DNA of 64,000 nt from a virus, in IMG/VR virus record IMGVR_UViG_3300050343_000163, one strand, 5' to 3'. The notes beneath the pieces are model-generated. The model had not been told where the DNA came from, did not search any database, and saw only the letters and a list, made by a program, of their open reading frames with translations. This document shows positions 36,135-47,157 of this stretch, piece by piece (within the stretch, counting starts at the first letter, position 1; each line of letters starts with the position of its first letter). The translations under genes were made by a program, and so were the position numbers.

Positions 36135-39100
36135 GACGATGTTCCAGCTACCGCCATCAGCAACTGTGATCACAATATTGTTATTTATAGTGATAGGACC
36201 AAAACTACCACAGTTTGTTCCATTAGGAACAGTAATGTTCTCAGCAACAACTTGACTGTTTGCTTTGAAGATACCGTAGGAGTCGATCCATTGCCTTACG
36301 CCGTTAGCGTAAAGAACGCTGGTGTTTGCTTGGTTAACGAAAGTTTGACCTTCGATGTTTGTAGATCCAAGGACATGTAAGTCGTATGTAGGATCTTGTT
36401 TCTTAACACCAACTTTGGACAATCTATAGATGTCATTGCCGTTAGAAGCTTCTGTCCATCTAGATGTTACAAACTCTTGGTTGTTCTGGAAGAACTGACC
36501 ATTCAAGTTAATATCACCTTGAACATTTAATTGATAGTTTCTACTCTGGTTATTAGTTGGGTCGGTTCCAGAAGTTGCATTAGTGTTAATTGCAATTCTA
36601 TTGTCACCCTTAACCAAGAATGCAGGAGTTCCATTCCAAGATTGTCCACCACCAGCAGTTGATGCAGTAATTTCAAATGCATCACTATGTCCAATCTGGT
36701 TACCAATTCTGAAGTTTTTCTGACTGGAGGAACCTAAGAAGTACATACCAGCACCAGAGTTATCATTAGCGGAATCTAACGTAACATAATTTCTAAATCT
36801 GGATGTACCATTAACATCTAACTTAAAGCTAGAACTTGGAGTTGAAGTTGAAATACCAACTGATCCATTATAATCAATGGTCATTGCCTCAGTTCCAACA
36901 GTTAGTGGAACCTCGTTACCACTTCTGCCAGGATCAACCATGAACGCAATGCGTCCATAAGAAGACCAAAGTGCCATTCTCTCACTGCCTCTATGGTCAT
37001 AAAGTAGACCACCTCTTACAGTATCGTTATAAGTGAGTGCAAGACCAAACTGAGAATCAGCACCACTAGAACCATCTACCCAGTTACCATTAAACTGAGC
37101 AATGTCCATTCCATGAACAGTACCATAACTGTTAAAGTTAGAAGGTCTAATTCTCAACTTAACGTATGACTCACCAGCACGGTTAGTAAATACAGTCTCG
37201 CCAATACCGATCTTATTCTCAGAAGAGTCAACGAATAATGTATAGTTATCAACGTTAAGATCAGCAGTTAATGTTGTTGTATTGTTAACAGTTGCTGTTC
37301 CACTAACAGTGAGGTTAGAACCTGCACCAGTTAGGACAAGCGAACCAGTCATGGTATCACCAGTCTTCAGAACGTTGAGTGATGCAGCACCAGTTAGAGA
37401 TGCGGTAATTGTTCCAGCGGAGAAGTTACCAGCAGAATCACGTTGTACTGCATAACTACCAAGGTTAGCACTACTAAATTGAATGTTACCTTCGTTCCAT
37501 GCTTTCTGACCATTGATAGTAAATGCATCAGCATTTAGAACTGTCAATGCTAAAGTACCAGATCCTAAACTAGCATTACCACCAGCTGCTTCAAATTTAG
37601 CAGTATAGTGATCATCTGGAGTTGCCGATACTAACTGAGAAGATCTAAAGTAAATTGCAGGACTAGATGATTGACCATCAGTTCTTCCAAGTCTTAGTTC
37701 ACCAGATCCAGAGTTATTAACAATCTTACCAACGTCTACTGTATTACCATCTTCTAGAGTAAAGTCATCAAATGGTTGTCTGTTAGATGCACTACCAGCA
37801 GTAAGAGCACCAACAAAGTTACCAGAGTTGAGTCTACCAATTAGAATCGTAAAGTCGTTAAAGTTATCTGCTGTATCATCGTTAGTTACAACACTATCAA
37901 TAACAAAACTACCAACAGCTTGTGCGTTGGCGTTATACAAGTTGATTGGATTACCTGCAGCAAATACTCCCGTTGCAGATGTGTCGAGGATAACTCCAGA
38001 GAAGTAAATTCTGAACTTAGGATCACCAAGGAATCCTTTAACACTTACGTTATCTCTAAAGTTAGTTGCACTAATGAATCTAGGAAGTCTATTATCAGAT
38101 AAAGTTCCTTCATTAATGTTTAGAGCATTTTGATACCAAGTGCCCTGTCTATTGTCAAGTCTGTCAGCGTCAAGACCAGAGTCAAGACCATCATTCAATG
38201 ATGTCCATACCTTCGCCCATGTACCGAAAGATCCAACACCAGTTCCAGATCCACGGAGATACATGTTATCATTATCCGTGAATGCAAGTTGTCTTACACC
38301 ACCAAATCCAGCATCGAAACCAGAACCACCATTTCTGAAGGTTACAGTCATGTTTCTGGTGCCACCATCAGTTAGTCCATTAGCACTATTGAAGATTGTG
38401 TTAGCAACAATACCAGAACTGAAGTTGTTAGGAGCAGGAGAAGAGGACGGGTTGTTAGTACCTGTAAGAACACGAATCGTGTTACCTGCTGTACCAGAAA
38501 TTGCGATGTTGTAAGTTCCAGCTAATCTATCAGAAGATAGAGTACCAGCACTCATGTTACTAGCATTTAGATAGAATGTACCTTGTACACCGTCTAGTAA
38601 GTCAGCATCAAGTCCACTATCTGCACCAGTCTTAAGTTCAACAGATCCATTTCCTGCCTGACCAAGATTGAATTGTGATTTCTTATATCTAGAAACACCA
38701 ATTGTACCGTAAAGGTCAGCAGAAATTGTAAGATCAGTAACTCTCTGAACGTCAATAGATACGTTTGCATACTGTCTGTTGACCGTAGAAACTTTTGATT
38801 CTAGTACAAGAGAGGATCCAGCACCAATGACACCAGGAGCAGAGGTTACAGTAAAGTCTGAACTATATCCAGTACCACCATCAGTAACAGTAATTTCTGT
38901 TACAACGTTACCAGCAACAACAATATTAACCTTGAGTCCAGTTCCTGTTCCACCTGTTAGCGAAACATCAAAGTATTGACCGTTGGTGTAACCAGAACCA
39001 GCGTTAGAAATAATAACATCATCAACAAATCCACCTTGAGTGAATGTTGATTCAAATGATAGAGGAGATGCACCACGCTCAAACTCAATAATTGTTCCGA

Positions 39101-42100
39101 GAGGAATTGTTGCATTGACTGGGTTGTTTAGAGAGATCGTAGTTAGACCTGCTGCGGTAATAACACCAGTAATGTTTGTATTAGTCTGAATACCACTTAC
39201 AGTATTCTTAACTTCATGACCAATAAGAACATCAGAGTTTGTAGTAAAGATCATCTGAGATGATCCTGTAGTACACTGAGATGCCAATCTTGCAAAGTAC
39301 CTGCTTTCTGCACCTTTGAGTGACTGCATTGCTAGTGCAAAGCTAGAATCACCTCTTAAGAATGTGAAGGAGTTTGCAGATCCACCAACAGCAAGTCTGT
39401 CTGTTTCAATAACACCAGATGTAATATCGGAAGCAGCAATCTGATTGGAAGATAGTGATACCCAGTTGTTAGCATCGAAGGAAGATGTATTTACAACTCT
39501 AGTAATGTTAACTGTATTAGCAGTAGGTGATGTACTATCATCAACAGTATCAGTATCTTCTATCTTAATGTTGTTGACGATATCACCATATATTCTGCTC
39601 TCAATTAGAGCATTACCTTGTGCTTGTGTACCAGCTCCAGTAGGAGCAGCAAATGTAATATTAGGAGCAGTAGTATATCCTTTACCACCTCGGAATCCAC
39701 CAAAGTCATTAATAGTAACAGTAACAACTTGACCATTAGCAATAGTACAAGTAGCAGCTGCAGAAACTGCACCAGCTTCTGGGTTACCACCAGCAAATGT
39801 AACTACAGGAGCAACAGTATATCCAGAACCACCGTTACTAATATTAATTTGGAATACAACACCTTTTCTATATTCAGTTGATTGAATGCGTCCAGTAGTT
39901 AAACTACCAGTAAGGATGTCACCGATGGTGAATGTTAAAGCAGGATCTGGGTTAAATCCAAGGAACAGACTATCATTATCATTGTTTAGAATGAATGATG
40001 TTGATGTATCCTGTTGAATTGCAATGTCACCAGCAAGTGCTCCTTCTAGTGCAGTTCTTTCTGTTTGGTTTGCAACAGTGAAGACACTGAATGGTCTGAG
40101 TGCTGGAATCTGATCAATAGAGATCTTACCAGAATCAGTAAGTTCAACCAATGCTCTAGGAACAGCGTTCGTAGAATATGGTTTGTTGATGTAAGGTCCT
40201 AAAGCATTAGTGATATAATCTTTAACTGCCTTTTGTGTAGGTAGTTTAGAATCACTAGAGTTAGCACCACCAAGTGTGTTGGATGCGTCAAAACCAGTAA
40301 CAACAACGTCACCACCTTTCAGTTTCAAGAATTCAACTTCAGAGATCGTAACCGTACCAGTGAAGGTAATGTTACCAGTTCTGTTTTCGATTCTAGCGAA
40401 AGTACCAACCTTAAAGTCACCAAGTTCATCAGTACCAGAAACATATACACGACCGTAGTTTTCAGATACCTGTTCGTATGCTTCGACTTTAGTACCACCG
40501 TTCTCAGGAAGAGCTAGGTAGTTAGTTCCTGAACCCGCAAATTCCCACGTATGAGAAGAAGAGTTAACAATCGATGGTCTGTGTAAGTTAATTGTTTTAC
40601 CAGACAGAATACTGGTAGATACTGCCTGACCAGTTGCTATATCTGTAAGATCCATGGCACCACCTGTGCCATCATCAATAGTTAATTGTGCAGAGAAAGG
40701 AGGACCAACTGTAACTCCAGCTACAACATCAACAAAGTATTCAATATCTACATTAGTGTTTCTATATCCATCAATCTTAACAACATAATGCTCTAATGGT
40801 TCTCTACCAAGTCCACTAAGTGTTAGGATAGTTCTACCAGTAGGAGTAGAAGAAACATTTGAAATCGTTGCAATATCAAATGCATATGGGTCCTTACGGA
40901 AACCTATACCTCTTAATGCAAATGTACCAAAGTTGGTAGCAGAGTTAGTGATTGAGCAGTAACCACCAGATTCAGCAAGAACACCATCAGCACAGAAGAT
41001 AACGAAGACAGAAACTAACTGAGTATAACCATCGTTGATAACCTTATATCCTGTACCACCAAAAGATACAATCGTGAATGCAGATGCAACCATCGACTTA
41101 CCCTGATTGGGGAAGGATGCTGTTCCGTCTAACTCAAGACCAGGGAATGGGCAGTTGGGTTGTTTAACCTTGGCACCATCAACCTCAGCACCGCCACCAC
41201 CTAGGAAGGAGATAACAGATGCGTTCTGGGTGTATGGAGATGCCTCGATAATTGGATAGTCATCGTAATCACCACGAATTGCTAGTCTGTTGTTATTAGC
41301 ATCAGAAACAAAGTTATCTGGATACGAAATAATTTGTGAAGTATCATATAGAGAATTGCTAGTTCTAGATGTAGCACCAGAAAGAACTGTTCCATCTAAG
41401 ATATCTTCAAAAAGATCCATAGATGTATTGATGGAAGAAGCAACGTTAGAACATTGTGAAGTTTGTCCCGTGCTGTATACAAGTACAGAGTTGTTAGTTG
41501 TTCTAACAAATGTATGTGCAGATTGTGGTAAATGCTTGAGGCAATTAGTTGCAGCAGTTACGAATGTATGTGCAGATTGTGAAATCTGAGTAATTGATCC
41601 TGCAGCACCACTTACAAAAGTATGTGCTTCACCAGAAGCAGCACCACCAGCTCCTACGTTAACTGTAACAGTTCCAGTTTGTCTCTCGATACCATTAGCT
41701 AATGCACTTACAAAAGCATGTGTGCCTGTGTAAGAGGAAAGACCAGTATTAATTTCAAAAGTATCGGTAGTTACATTACTAATTTGTACCCATTTGTTAC
41801 TCAACTTATCATAGTTGGCACGAGGATATGTTTTGTTTACTGAATTTCCATCCAGATCACAAGTAAAAGTTAGACTATCGTTAGCAATTTTTACATAATC
41901 TCCATTTGCAAAATTATGTCCAGCACTTGTTATAACTAACTTTCCACTAGATGCTGTGTAGACAGCATTGGTAGCTGTATGTTGACTAGAAGAAACTGCT
42001 GTGATATTTAAAGATGCACCTGAAGCGGGGTCAGATGGTCTTGGATATGTTTCTACAGTTGTATTACCATCACCATTATAGTCACATGTAAATGCTAGAG

Positions 42101-45100
42101 AATTATCTAGAATTACAATTCCTTTATTAACATCAAGACCATGCTGAGTTCCAAGTTCTAGAACTAATTCACCAGTAGATGCATTGTAGGTAGTTCCTGT
42201 TTGTGCAGTAAGTAATTTATTTGCAGGAGATACACCTACGTTTAATGTAATAGTTGTATCACTTACACTATCGATAGGTATAGATCTCAATGCGTATGGG
42301 TCATGACCTGCTCTTGGATATGTTTTAGTAGCAGTATTTCCATCCATCGTACATGTGAACGATAGACTATCAGTATCAAGTACAACACCTTCACCAATAC
42401 TAAGTCCATGACCAGTACCAATAGTTAGAACCAGAGCACCTGTAGCAGGATCATAAGTTGCATCACTTGGAGTCCACTGTTGATCAGGACCAGATACGCC
42501 AACATTAATTGTAAATGTATCTGCAGATGTTGATGTTACTGCCAGAGCATTGCCATATGCAGTTTGACCAGATTGAGGTAAACTATGCTCAGTGGCATTA
42601 CCGTCCATTGCACATGTAAATGTGAATGATTCTGGAGAAAGACTAATACTATTACTTGTAGTAACACTATGACCTGTCACAGTCATTGTGAAATCACCAT
42701 TAGCAGGATTATAGGTAGCTGTTGATGGTGTATGCTGTGCTATTGGAGCGCCTGCATTTGGATCTGGAAGAATATTCCAATCTTCAAATCTTGGAATAGG
42801 TGAAGTTAGTACAGTAGGATTGTAAACAATAATAGTTCCATCTGTTACTGCACTTACAAATGAATGTGATGAACCAGAAGCAGCTCCTGCATTACCAACG
42901 TTACAAGTAACTGTGGTGACACCACCAGAAGATTGAACATTAGTGATGGCATGACTCTTGCCATAATTATCATCAGTTTTTAATGGACTTGAGTGTGTTC
43001 CAGTAACACTGTTATATGTACATTGGAAGGCAATTGCTTCTTCTTTAAATGCAATTCTATCTCCTACATTAGGAGCAATGAGAGGATCAGGGAAGATTAC
43101 CTCTAATGCACCAGTAGAAGCATTGTATGTTGCGTTAGTTGGAGTGAGATCAACATATGATCCATCAGTCCAGTTACGCATTGCTGCGATAGCATATGTT
43201 TTAGCTCTTTGATATGCAAAGATAGTTTCTGCTCTTTGTGCTTCTGGAATACCAGTTAAAGCAGTTTGTGTAAAGTAAGATTCGGCAGCTATAACAATAT
43301 TCTCATTACCACCAAATGTTAAATCTTTTGCTAGATTACTTAGCGTAATACCAAGATCTCTTTTACATTTTCTTTCGTTTGTGTTATCAAGTGAGAATAA
43401 TGGGAACTGACCTAATGTATCACGTAATGCTTGATCAGCAATTAGATACTTATTCCTTTCAATTAAGTATGCAGCATCCAGATAAGTTCCATTTTGATTC
43501 TTGGTAATAAGATCAACCCAAAGGAATGATAAAGTATCAATTGCAGATTTAACATCAGCACAAGCTGGAGTACCCGCAGTTGCTGTGATGACTGTATCAT
43601 CAAAGTATCTTGTTACAGAAGAATATACAGGAGAATAAATTGGATCTGATGGAGTACCGTCACCAGTTCTCCAGTTTCTCATTGCAAGGATACAAAGTTC
43701 TCGTGCATATTCAATCGCACGGAAGTTTTGAACAATTTCATCCTTGATGTATGCAATATCACCACCAAGAATATACTTCTTAGCTGCTTCAATAATGTTG
43801 AAGTTTGAACCAAATTCTAAATCTCTTACTAGAGCATTAACAAAGTGAATAACGTCTTGGCGGCATTGCTCATCACCGTCACTTCCTGTGTTATCTCCAC
43901 TAGTTGGGGAACTATAAGAAGGGTAAGTTTTTTGACCAGCATCACAGGATAGTAGAATGTCTGCTAACTTAATGGTATCATCTTCTACTAAAGTTGATAA
44001 AGCAGAATCTACTGTGATAGTTGCATAACCTGTTATGATATTATCGTAACTAAAGTTAGTAATATTTACAGTTGTATTTTCAAATTTAACTGTACCACCA
44101 GAAACATAAGTATGAGTTACTGGAGTCTGACCTAAGAATACTTTAAATGTATCTCCACCACCAGTGATTTCAGATACCTGATAATAGTCTTTAGCAAATT
44201 GTCTATTGATTCTTCCTACAACTTCATCTGCAATAAACTCTCTGTTATTACGTAGGAATACACAAGCATCTTGGAATCTTCTTTCTACAGGAGTAGATAG
44301 AGGGAATGTGTTTGGTGAGTTTAGTAGTGATAGAGTAATTACTTTTGAAAAACTCTTAACAGTTGCAAATTGACCAGGATCTAAGTTAGCATCTGTGATA
44401 GATGGAACTTTTTTAGGAATTACAAATCTTCTGCAGCGACCATCTGCATCTTCTAAGACTTTATAAATTCTTTGCTTACCATTTAGAAGTGATAAGTCAG
44501 GGTTTGAAGTAGGAAGATTTTCAATTAAAATTTCCTGACCTTCTTTAAACTCGTGAGTATTTGTTCTACCAACTAGTGCGTTAGTATAGAAGACAACACC
44601 ACCAAGATCTTCTGCATTACCAAACTGAGCATTTTGGAAACCACCTGTTGTAATACTTGGATCTCCTTGTAAAGAGAAATCAAGTCTAGAAATAGGTAGA
44701 GTTGTGGTGTAATCTTCATCTACTGCTACAACCTCACCTTCTGCTCGAATTGATTTAATAGCAGTAGTGTCAATATTTTCAGTTTGTGCAGTAGCTTGAT
44801 TGATTGCATATGTACCACCAACACCAGTTGCATCCCATGTGGGAGCATTTAGAATTGGGAAGAATGTTACATCCCAAATATTACTTGCAGATTGCGTAGA
44901 ATCAATCGCAGAAACTTCATAGAATCCTGTAAAAGCATTACCTGTGGATGGTGTTCCTACTAATTGTACTACTGTACCACCAGGAATAGTTCCAGTTGGA
45001 TCTTGTGTAAATCGTAAAGTGTTTGGTCCCTGTTGACCAGTAATAGCAAGGTTGATAGCACTACCTGCACCAGCAGATGTGATATATGAGAATTGCTCAC

Positions 45101-46610
45101 CTTCAACAAAGGAACCAGATTGTAATTGGACATCAATTGTACCATTTACATATGCACTAGCACCTATTGTAGTTGCAAATTTAACGTCAAATATTTTTGC
45201 TCTAGAACCAGTGTTAACACCTTTTACAATTAAACCAGATACTAATGTAGCAAGACCTGTATTGTTTTGGAAAGAAACACGGAACTGCTGTGGTCCAAAA
45301 ATTTGATGACCAACTGGGAATGATGTACCAAAATCACCATTAGCTTCTCTGTCAACGATAACTCTTTGCTTATCGTCAAAGACCATAGCAAAATCCCAAG
45401 TAGCAACTGCATCGCCATTGGAATCAATTTGGTCACGATAAGTAACACCAATTACATAGTTCTTATCACCAAACTTAACAATGTGTTTGCCAGGATTAGC
45501 AGGACGAATGATGACCAAACGTAGGTTATCACCAACGATGGAAGAATCGGGTGGTAGTGAAATTGGGTTATCTTCTACATAATCACCACCAGATACAATA
45601 ATAGTTTCTTTAACACCAGGCGTTTTCCATGCCTCTTGTGCTGCTTTTTTAATTGTTCTAACAGGGTTTACAGCAGATCGACCATCATTAAGGTCAGAAC
45701 CAATCTGTTGTGAAACGTAAATACGACCACCAACGTCATTCGTTGCTAGGTTGAGGACGTATTCTGTAGTAGCAATCTTGTCTGATCTATCACCCAATAG
45801 AGGTGTAATAGATCTTGGGAATACACCAGAGTCTCCAGTATCATTATATCTAAACTCATTTGGATCGTTGACGCGGAAACCAATGTGTTTGAAGTCAACA
45901 TCACCGTTTTTGATGATACCATCAACGTGTTCTGGAGCTTCAGAACCAGTTTGACCAGTGTTTAATGCTTGATAAACATTAGCTCCAAAATATCTGTAAG
46001 AATCTTTTTGTAGAATAACATTAGCAGACCATAAAATGCCTGTGTTATTCATGTAATTCTTCAGGTTTGGACCCCTGAAGTTAGCATCTGGAGTAATAAA
46101 GTTGTCAATATCTAGGTTTAGAATTCTTGCCGTATCAGAAATGATAGACGTAGATGTTCTAATAGCACCATTAATATCAAGTTCATAATCAACAGTATCA
46201 AGGAAAGCAGTAGCAGTAGCACCAGAACCACCACCTTCAGAAATAGTAACAATTGGAGCAATGGTATATCCGCTGCCAGGATTATTAACAGCAATTGTAG
46301 TTACTTTGCCATTAAAAGTAAATGCGGAAGCAAGAGCTTGTATACCACCAGCAGCATTAGGAGGTCCGATAGTTACTGTTGGGTTTACAGTAAATCCACT
46401 ACCTGCAGTGTCGAGAACGATATTATTAACTCTTTGCCCAGTTCGGTTAATACCGACACGGGGTAATTGCGTAGTAGAGTCTAACTCAGTTCGCAAGACT
46501 TCTTTTTCGTCTGCTCCTGTGCCAACTCTAATCGTGGCTTCATTATCACCGATAAGTTTAGGATTTACGCCCCTAATCTTTTCTTTATCGGAATTAATAT
46601 GAAAACTCAT
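36132..46610 (-). CDS. Giant virion fibre / structural protein, 3492 aa
   Basis: G/T/S-rich, GSGY repeats, beta-helix start motif, DADLLDG fibre motifs, C-terminal GPITI...W; CTAAATA at 46646-46652. Confidence 0.85.
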   Translation of the reverse strand: MSFHINSDKEKIRGVNPKLIGDNEATIRVGTGADEKEVLRTELDSTTQLPRVGINRTGQRVNNIVLDTAGSGFTVNPTVTIGPPNAAGGIQALASAFTFNGKVTTIAVNNPGSGYTIAPIVTISEGGGSGATATAFLDTVDYELDINGAIRTSTSIISDTARILNLDIDNFITPDANFRGPNLKNYMNNTGILWSANVILQKDSYRYFGANVYQALNTGQTGSEAPEHVDGIIKNGDVDFKHIGFRVNDPNEFRYNDTGDSGVFPRSITPLLGDRSDKIATTEYVLNLATNDVGGRIYVSQQIGSDLNDGRSAVNPVRTIKKAAQEAWKTPGVKETIIVSGGDYVEDNPISLPPDSSIVGDNLRLVIIRPANPGKHIVKFGDKNYVIGVTYRDQIDSNGDAVATWDFAMVFDDKQRVIVDREANGDFGTSFPVGHQIFGPQQFRVSFQNNTGLATLVSGLIVKGVNTGSRAKIFDVKFATTIGASAYVNGTIDVQLQSGSFVEGEQFSYITSAGAGSAINLAITGQQGPNTLRFTQDPTGTIPGGTVVQLVGTPSTGNAFTGFYEVSAIDSTQSASNIWDVTFFPILNAPTWDATGVGGTYAINQATAQTENIDTTAIKSIRAEGEVVAVDEDYTTTLPISRLDFSLQGDPSITTGGFQNAQFGNAEDLGGVVFYTNALVGRTNTHEFKEGQEILIENLPTSNPDLSLLNGKQRIYKVLEDADGRCRRFVIPKKVPSITDANLDPGQFATVKSFSKVITLSLLNSPNTFPLSTPVERRFQDACVFLRNNREFIADEVVGRINRQFAKDYYQVSEITGGGDTFKVFLGQTPVTHTYVSGGTVKFENTTVNITNFSYDNIITGYATITVDSALSTLVEDDTIKLADILLSCDAGQKTYPSYSSPTSGDNTGSDGDEQCRQDVIHFVNALVRDLEFGSNFNIIEAAKKYILGGDIAYIKDEIVQNFRAIEYARELCILAMRNWRTGDGTPSDPIYSPVYSSVTRYFDDTVITATAGTPACADVKSAIDTLSFLWVDLITKNQNGTYLDAAYLIERNKYLIADQALRDTLGQFPLFSLDNTNERKCKRDLGITLSNLAKDLTFGGNENIVIAAESYFTQTALTGIPEAQRAETIFAYQRAKTYAIAAMRNWTDGSYVDLTPTNATYNASTGALEVIFPDPLIAPNVGDRIAFKEEAIAFQCTYNSVTGTHSSPLKTDDNYGKSHAITNVQSSGGVTTVTCNVGNAGAASGSSHSFVSAVTDGTIIVYNPTVLTSPIPRFEDWNILPDPNAGAPIAQHTPSTATYNPANGDFTMTVTGHSVTTSNSISLSPESFTFTCAMDGNATEHSLPQSGQTAYGNALAVTSTSADTFTINVGVSGPDQQWTPSDATYDPATGALVLTIGTGHGLSIGEGVVLDTDSLSFTCTMDGNTATKTYPRAGHDPYALRSIPIDSVSDTTITLNVGVSPANKLLTAQTGTTYNASTGELVLELGTQHGLDVNKGIVILDNSLAFTCDYNGDGNTTVETYPRPSDPASGASLNITAVSSSQHTATNAVYTASSGKLVITSAGHNFANGDYVKIANDSLTFTCDLDGNSVNKTYPRANYDKLSNKWVQISNVTTDTFEINTGLSSYTGTHAFVSALANGIERQTGTVTVNVGAGGAASGEAHTFVSGAAGSITQISQSAHTFVTAATNCLKHLPQSAHTFVRTTNNSVLVYSTGQTSQCSNVASSINTSMDLFEDILDGTVLSGATSRTSNSLYDTSQIISYPDNFVSDANNNRLAIRGDYDDYPIIEASPYTQNASVISFLGGGGAEVDGAKVKQPNCPFPGLELDGTASFPNQGKSMVASAFTIVSFGGTGYKVINDGYTQLVSVFVIFCADGVLAESGGYCSITNSATNFGTFALRGIGFRKDPYAFDIATISNVSSTPTGRTILTLSGLGREPLEHYVVKIDGYRNTNVDIEYFVDVVAGVTVGPPFSAQLTIDDGTGGAMDLTDIATGQAVSTSILSGKTINLHRPSIVNSSSHTWEFAGSGTNYLALPENGGTKVEAYEQVSENYGRVYVSGTDELGDFKVGTFARIENRTGNITFTGTVTISEVEFLKLKGGDVVVTGFDASNTLGGANSSDSKLPTQKAVKDYITNALGPYINKPYSTNAVPRALVELTDSGKISIDQIPALRPFSVFTVANQTERTALEGALAGDIAIQQDTSTSFILNNDNDSLFLGFNPDPALTFTIGDILTGSLTTGRIQSTEYRKGVVFQINISNGGSGYTVAPVVTFAGGNPEAGAVSAAATCTIANGQVVTVTINDFGGFRGGKGYTTAPNITFAAPTGAGTQAQGNALIESRIYGDIVNNIKIEDTDTVDDSTSPTANTVNITRVVNTSSFDANNWVSLSSNQIAASDITSGVIETDRLAVGGSANSFTFLRGDSSFALAMQSLKGAESRYFARLASQCTTGSSQMIFTTNSDVLIGHEVKNTVSGIQTNTNITGVITAAGLTTISLNNPVNATIPLGTIIEFERGASPLSFESTFTQGGFVDDVIISNAGSGYTNGQYFDVSLTGGTGTGLKVNIVVAGNVVTEITVTDGGTGYSSDFTVTSAPGVIGAGSSLVLESKVSTVNRQYANVSIDVQRVTDLTISADLYGTIGVSRYKKSQFNLGQAGNGSVELKTGADSGLDADLLDGVQGTFYLNASNMSAGTLSSDRLAGTYNIAISGTAGNTIRVLTGTNNPSSSPAPNNFSSGIVANTIFNSANGLTDGGTRNMTVTFRNGGSGFDAGFGGVRQLAFTDNDNMYLRGSGTGVGSFGTWAKVWTSLNDGLDSGLDADRLDNRQGTWYQNALNINEGTLSDNRLPRFISATNFRDNVSVKGFLGDPKFRIYFSGVILDTSATGVFAAGNPINLYNANAQAVGSFVIDSVVTNDDTADNFNDFTILIGRLNSGNFVGALTAGSASNRQPFDDFTLEDGNTVDVGKIVNNSGSGELRLGRTDGQSSSPAIYFRSSQLVSATPDDHYTAKFEAAGGNASLGSGTLALTVLNADAFTINGQKAWNEGNIQFSSANLGSYAVQRDSAGNFSAGTITASLTGAASLNVLKTGDTMTGSLVLTGAGSNLTVSGTATVNNTTTLTADLNVDNYTLFVDSSENKIGIGETVFTNRAGESYVKLRIRPSNFNSYGTVHGMDIAQFNGNWVDGSSGADSQFGLALTYNDTVRGGLLYDHRGSERMALWSSYGRIAFMVDPGRSGNEVPLTVGTEAMTIDYNGSVGISTSTPSSSFKLDVNGTSRFRNYVTLDSANDNSGAGMYFLGSSSQKNFRIGNQIGHSDAFEITASTAGGGQSWNGTPAFLVKGDNRIAINTNATSGTDPTNNQSRNYQLNVQGDINLNGQFFQNNQEFVTSRWTEASNGNDIYRLSKVGVKKQDPTYDLHVLGSTNIEGQTFVNQANTSVLYANGVRQWIDSYGIFKANSQVVAENITVPNGTNCGSFGPITINNNIVITVADGGSWNIV
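41490..43150 (-). repeat. Five about 90-aa ATY...FTC...NVG...HxFV repeats, four of them nested
   Basis: Visible in translation; 19-bp direct repeat aatgtatgtgcagattgtg at 41509 and 41563. Confidence 0.8.
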
Positions 46611-46654
46611 GGTGTTCCCGTGCTTTTGACTTTTTTCCTATTCTATATTTAGCA

Positions 46655-47155
46655 TCAAGCCCATGCAATACTGATAACTTCTGTGGATGAAACCCACTTA
46701 ATAGTTGCAGTTGTACCAGCTCTTACTGTGTTATAGCTAAAAACGTTTGTTCCACCAGTAGGTTCAATCCCCCAAGTTTCACCTGTAGGAATATCATCTT
46801 TAATTACTGTTTGGAAACTAGACATAATATTTACATTTCCTGATCCATCACATGAGACCGCAGTCTCAAATTTGACAGCATATACAGTTCCTGAATCATT
46901 AACTGCAATGATGTTTCCTGTGACAAAATTTAAAGTAGAATTTGCAATAGGAATTTTTGTTCCTAATCCATCCAAGTCAAGAGTAGAGGTGTTAAGACCT
47001 CGTAAAATATAACGAGTTTGTGAACTATCTGTGAAATGCCTGTTCTTTACTTCTAGAGTATTAAAATCTTTTGCATTTCTTTCTTCATCAACAATAACAG
47101 TTTTGCCGATAGCAAATCCACCTTTAGAATCAAATTTTTCGGTTGTAGTTGCCAT
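46655..47155 (-). CDS. Probable virion structural protein, 166 aa
   Basis: Beta-rich, T/S/G-rich, located between structural genes. Confidence 0.7.
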   Translation of the reverse strand: MATTTEKFDSKGGFAIGKTVIVDEERNAKDFNTLEVKNRHFTDSSQTRYILRGLNTSTLDLDGLGTKIPIANSTLNFVTGNIIAVNDSGTVYAVKFETAVSCDGSGNVNIMSSFQTVIKDDIPTGETWGIEPTGGTNVFSYNTVRAGTTATIKWVSSTEVISIAWA

Positions 47156-47157
47156 TT

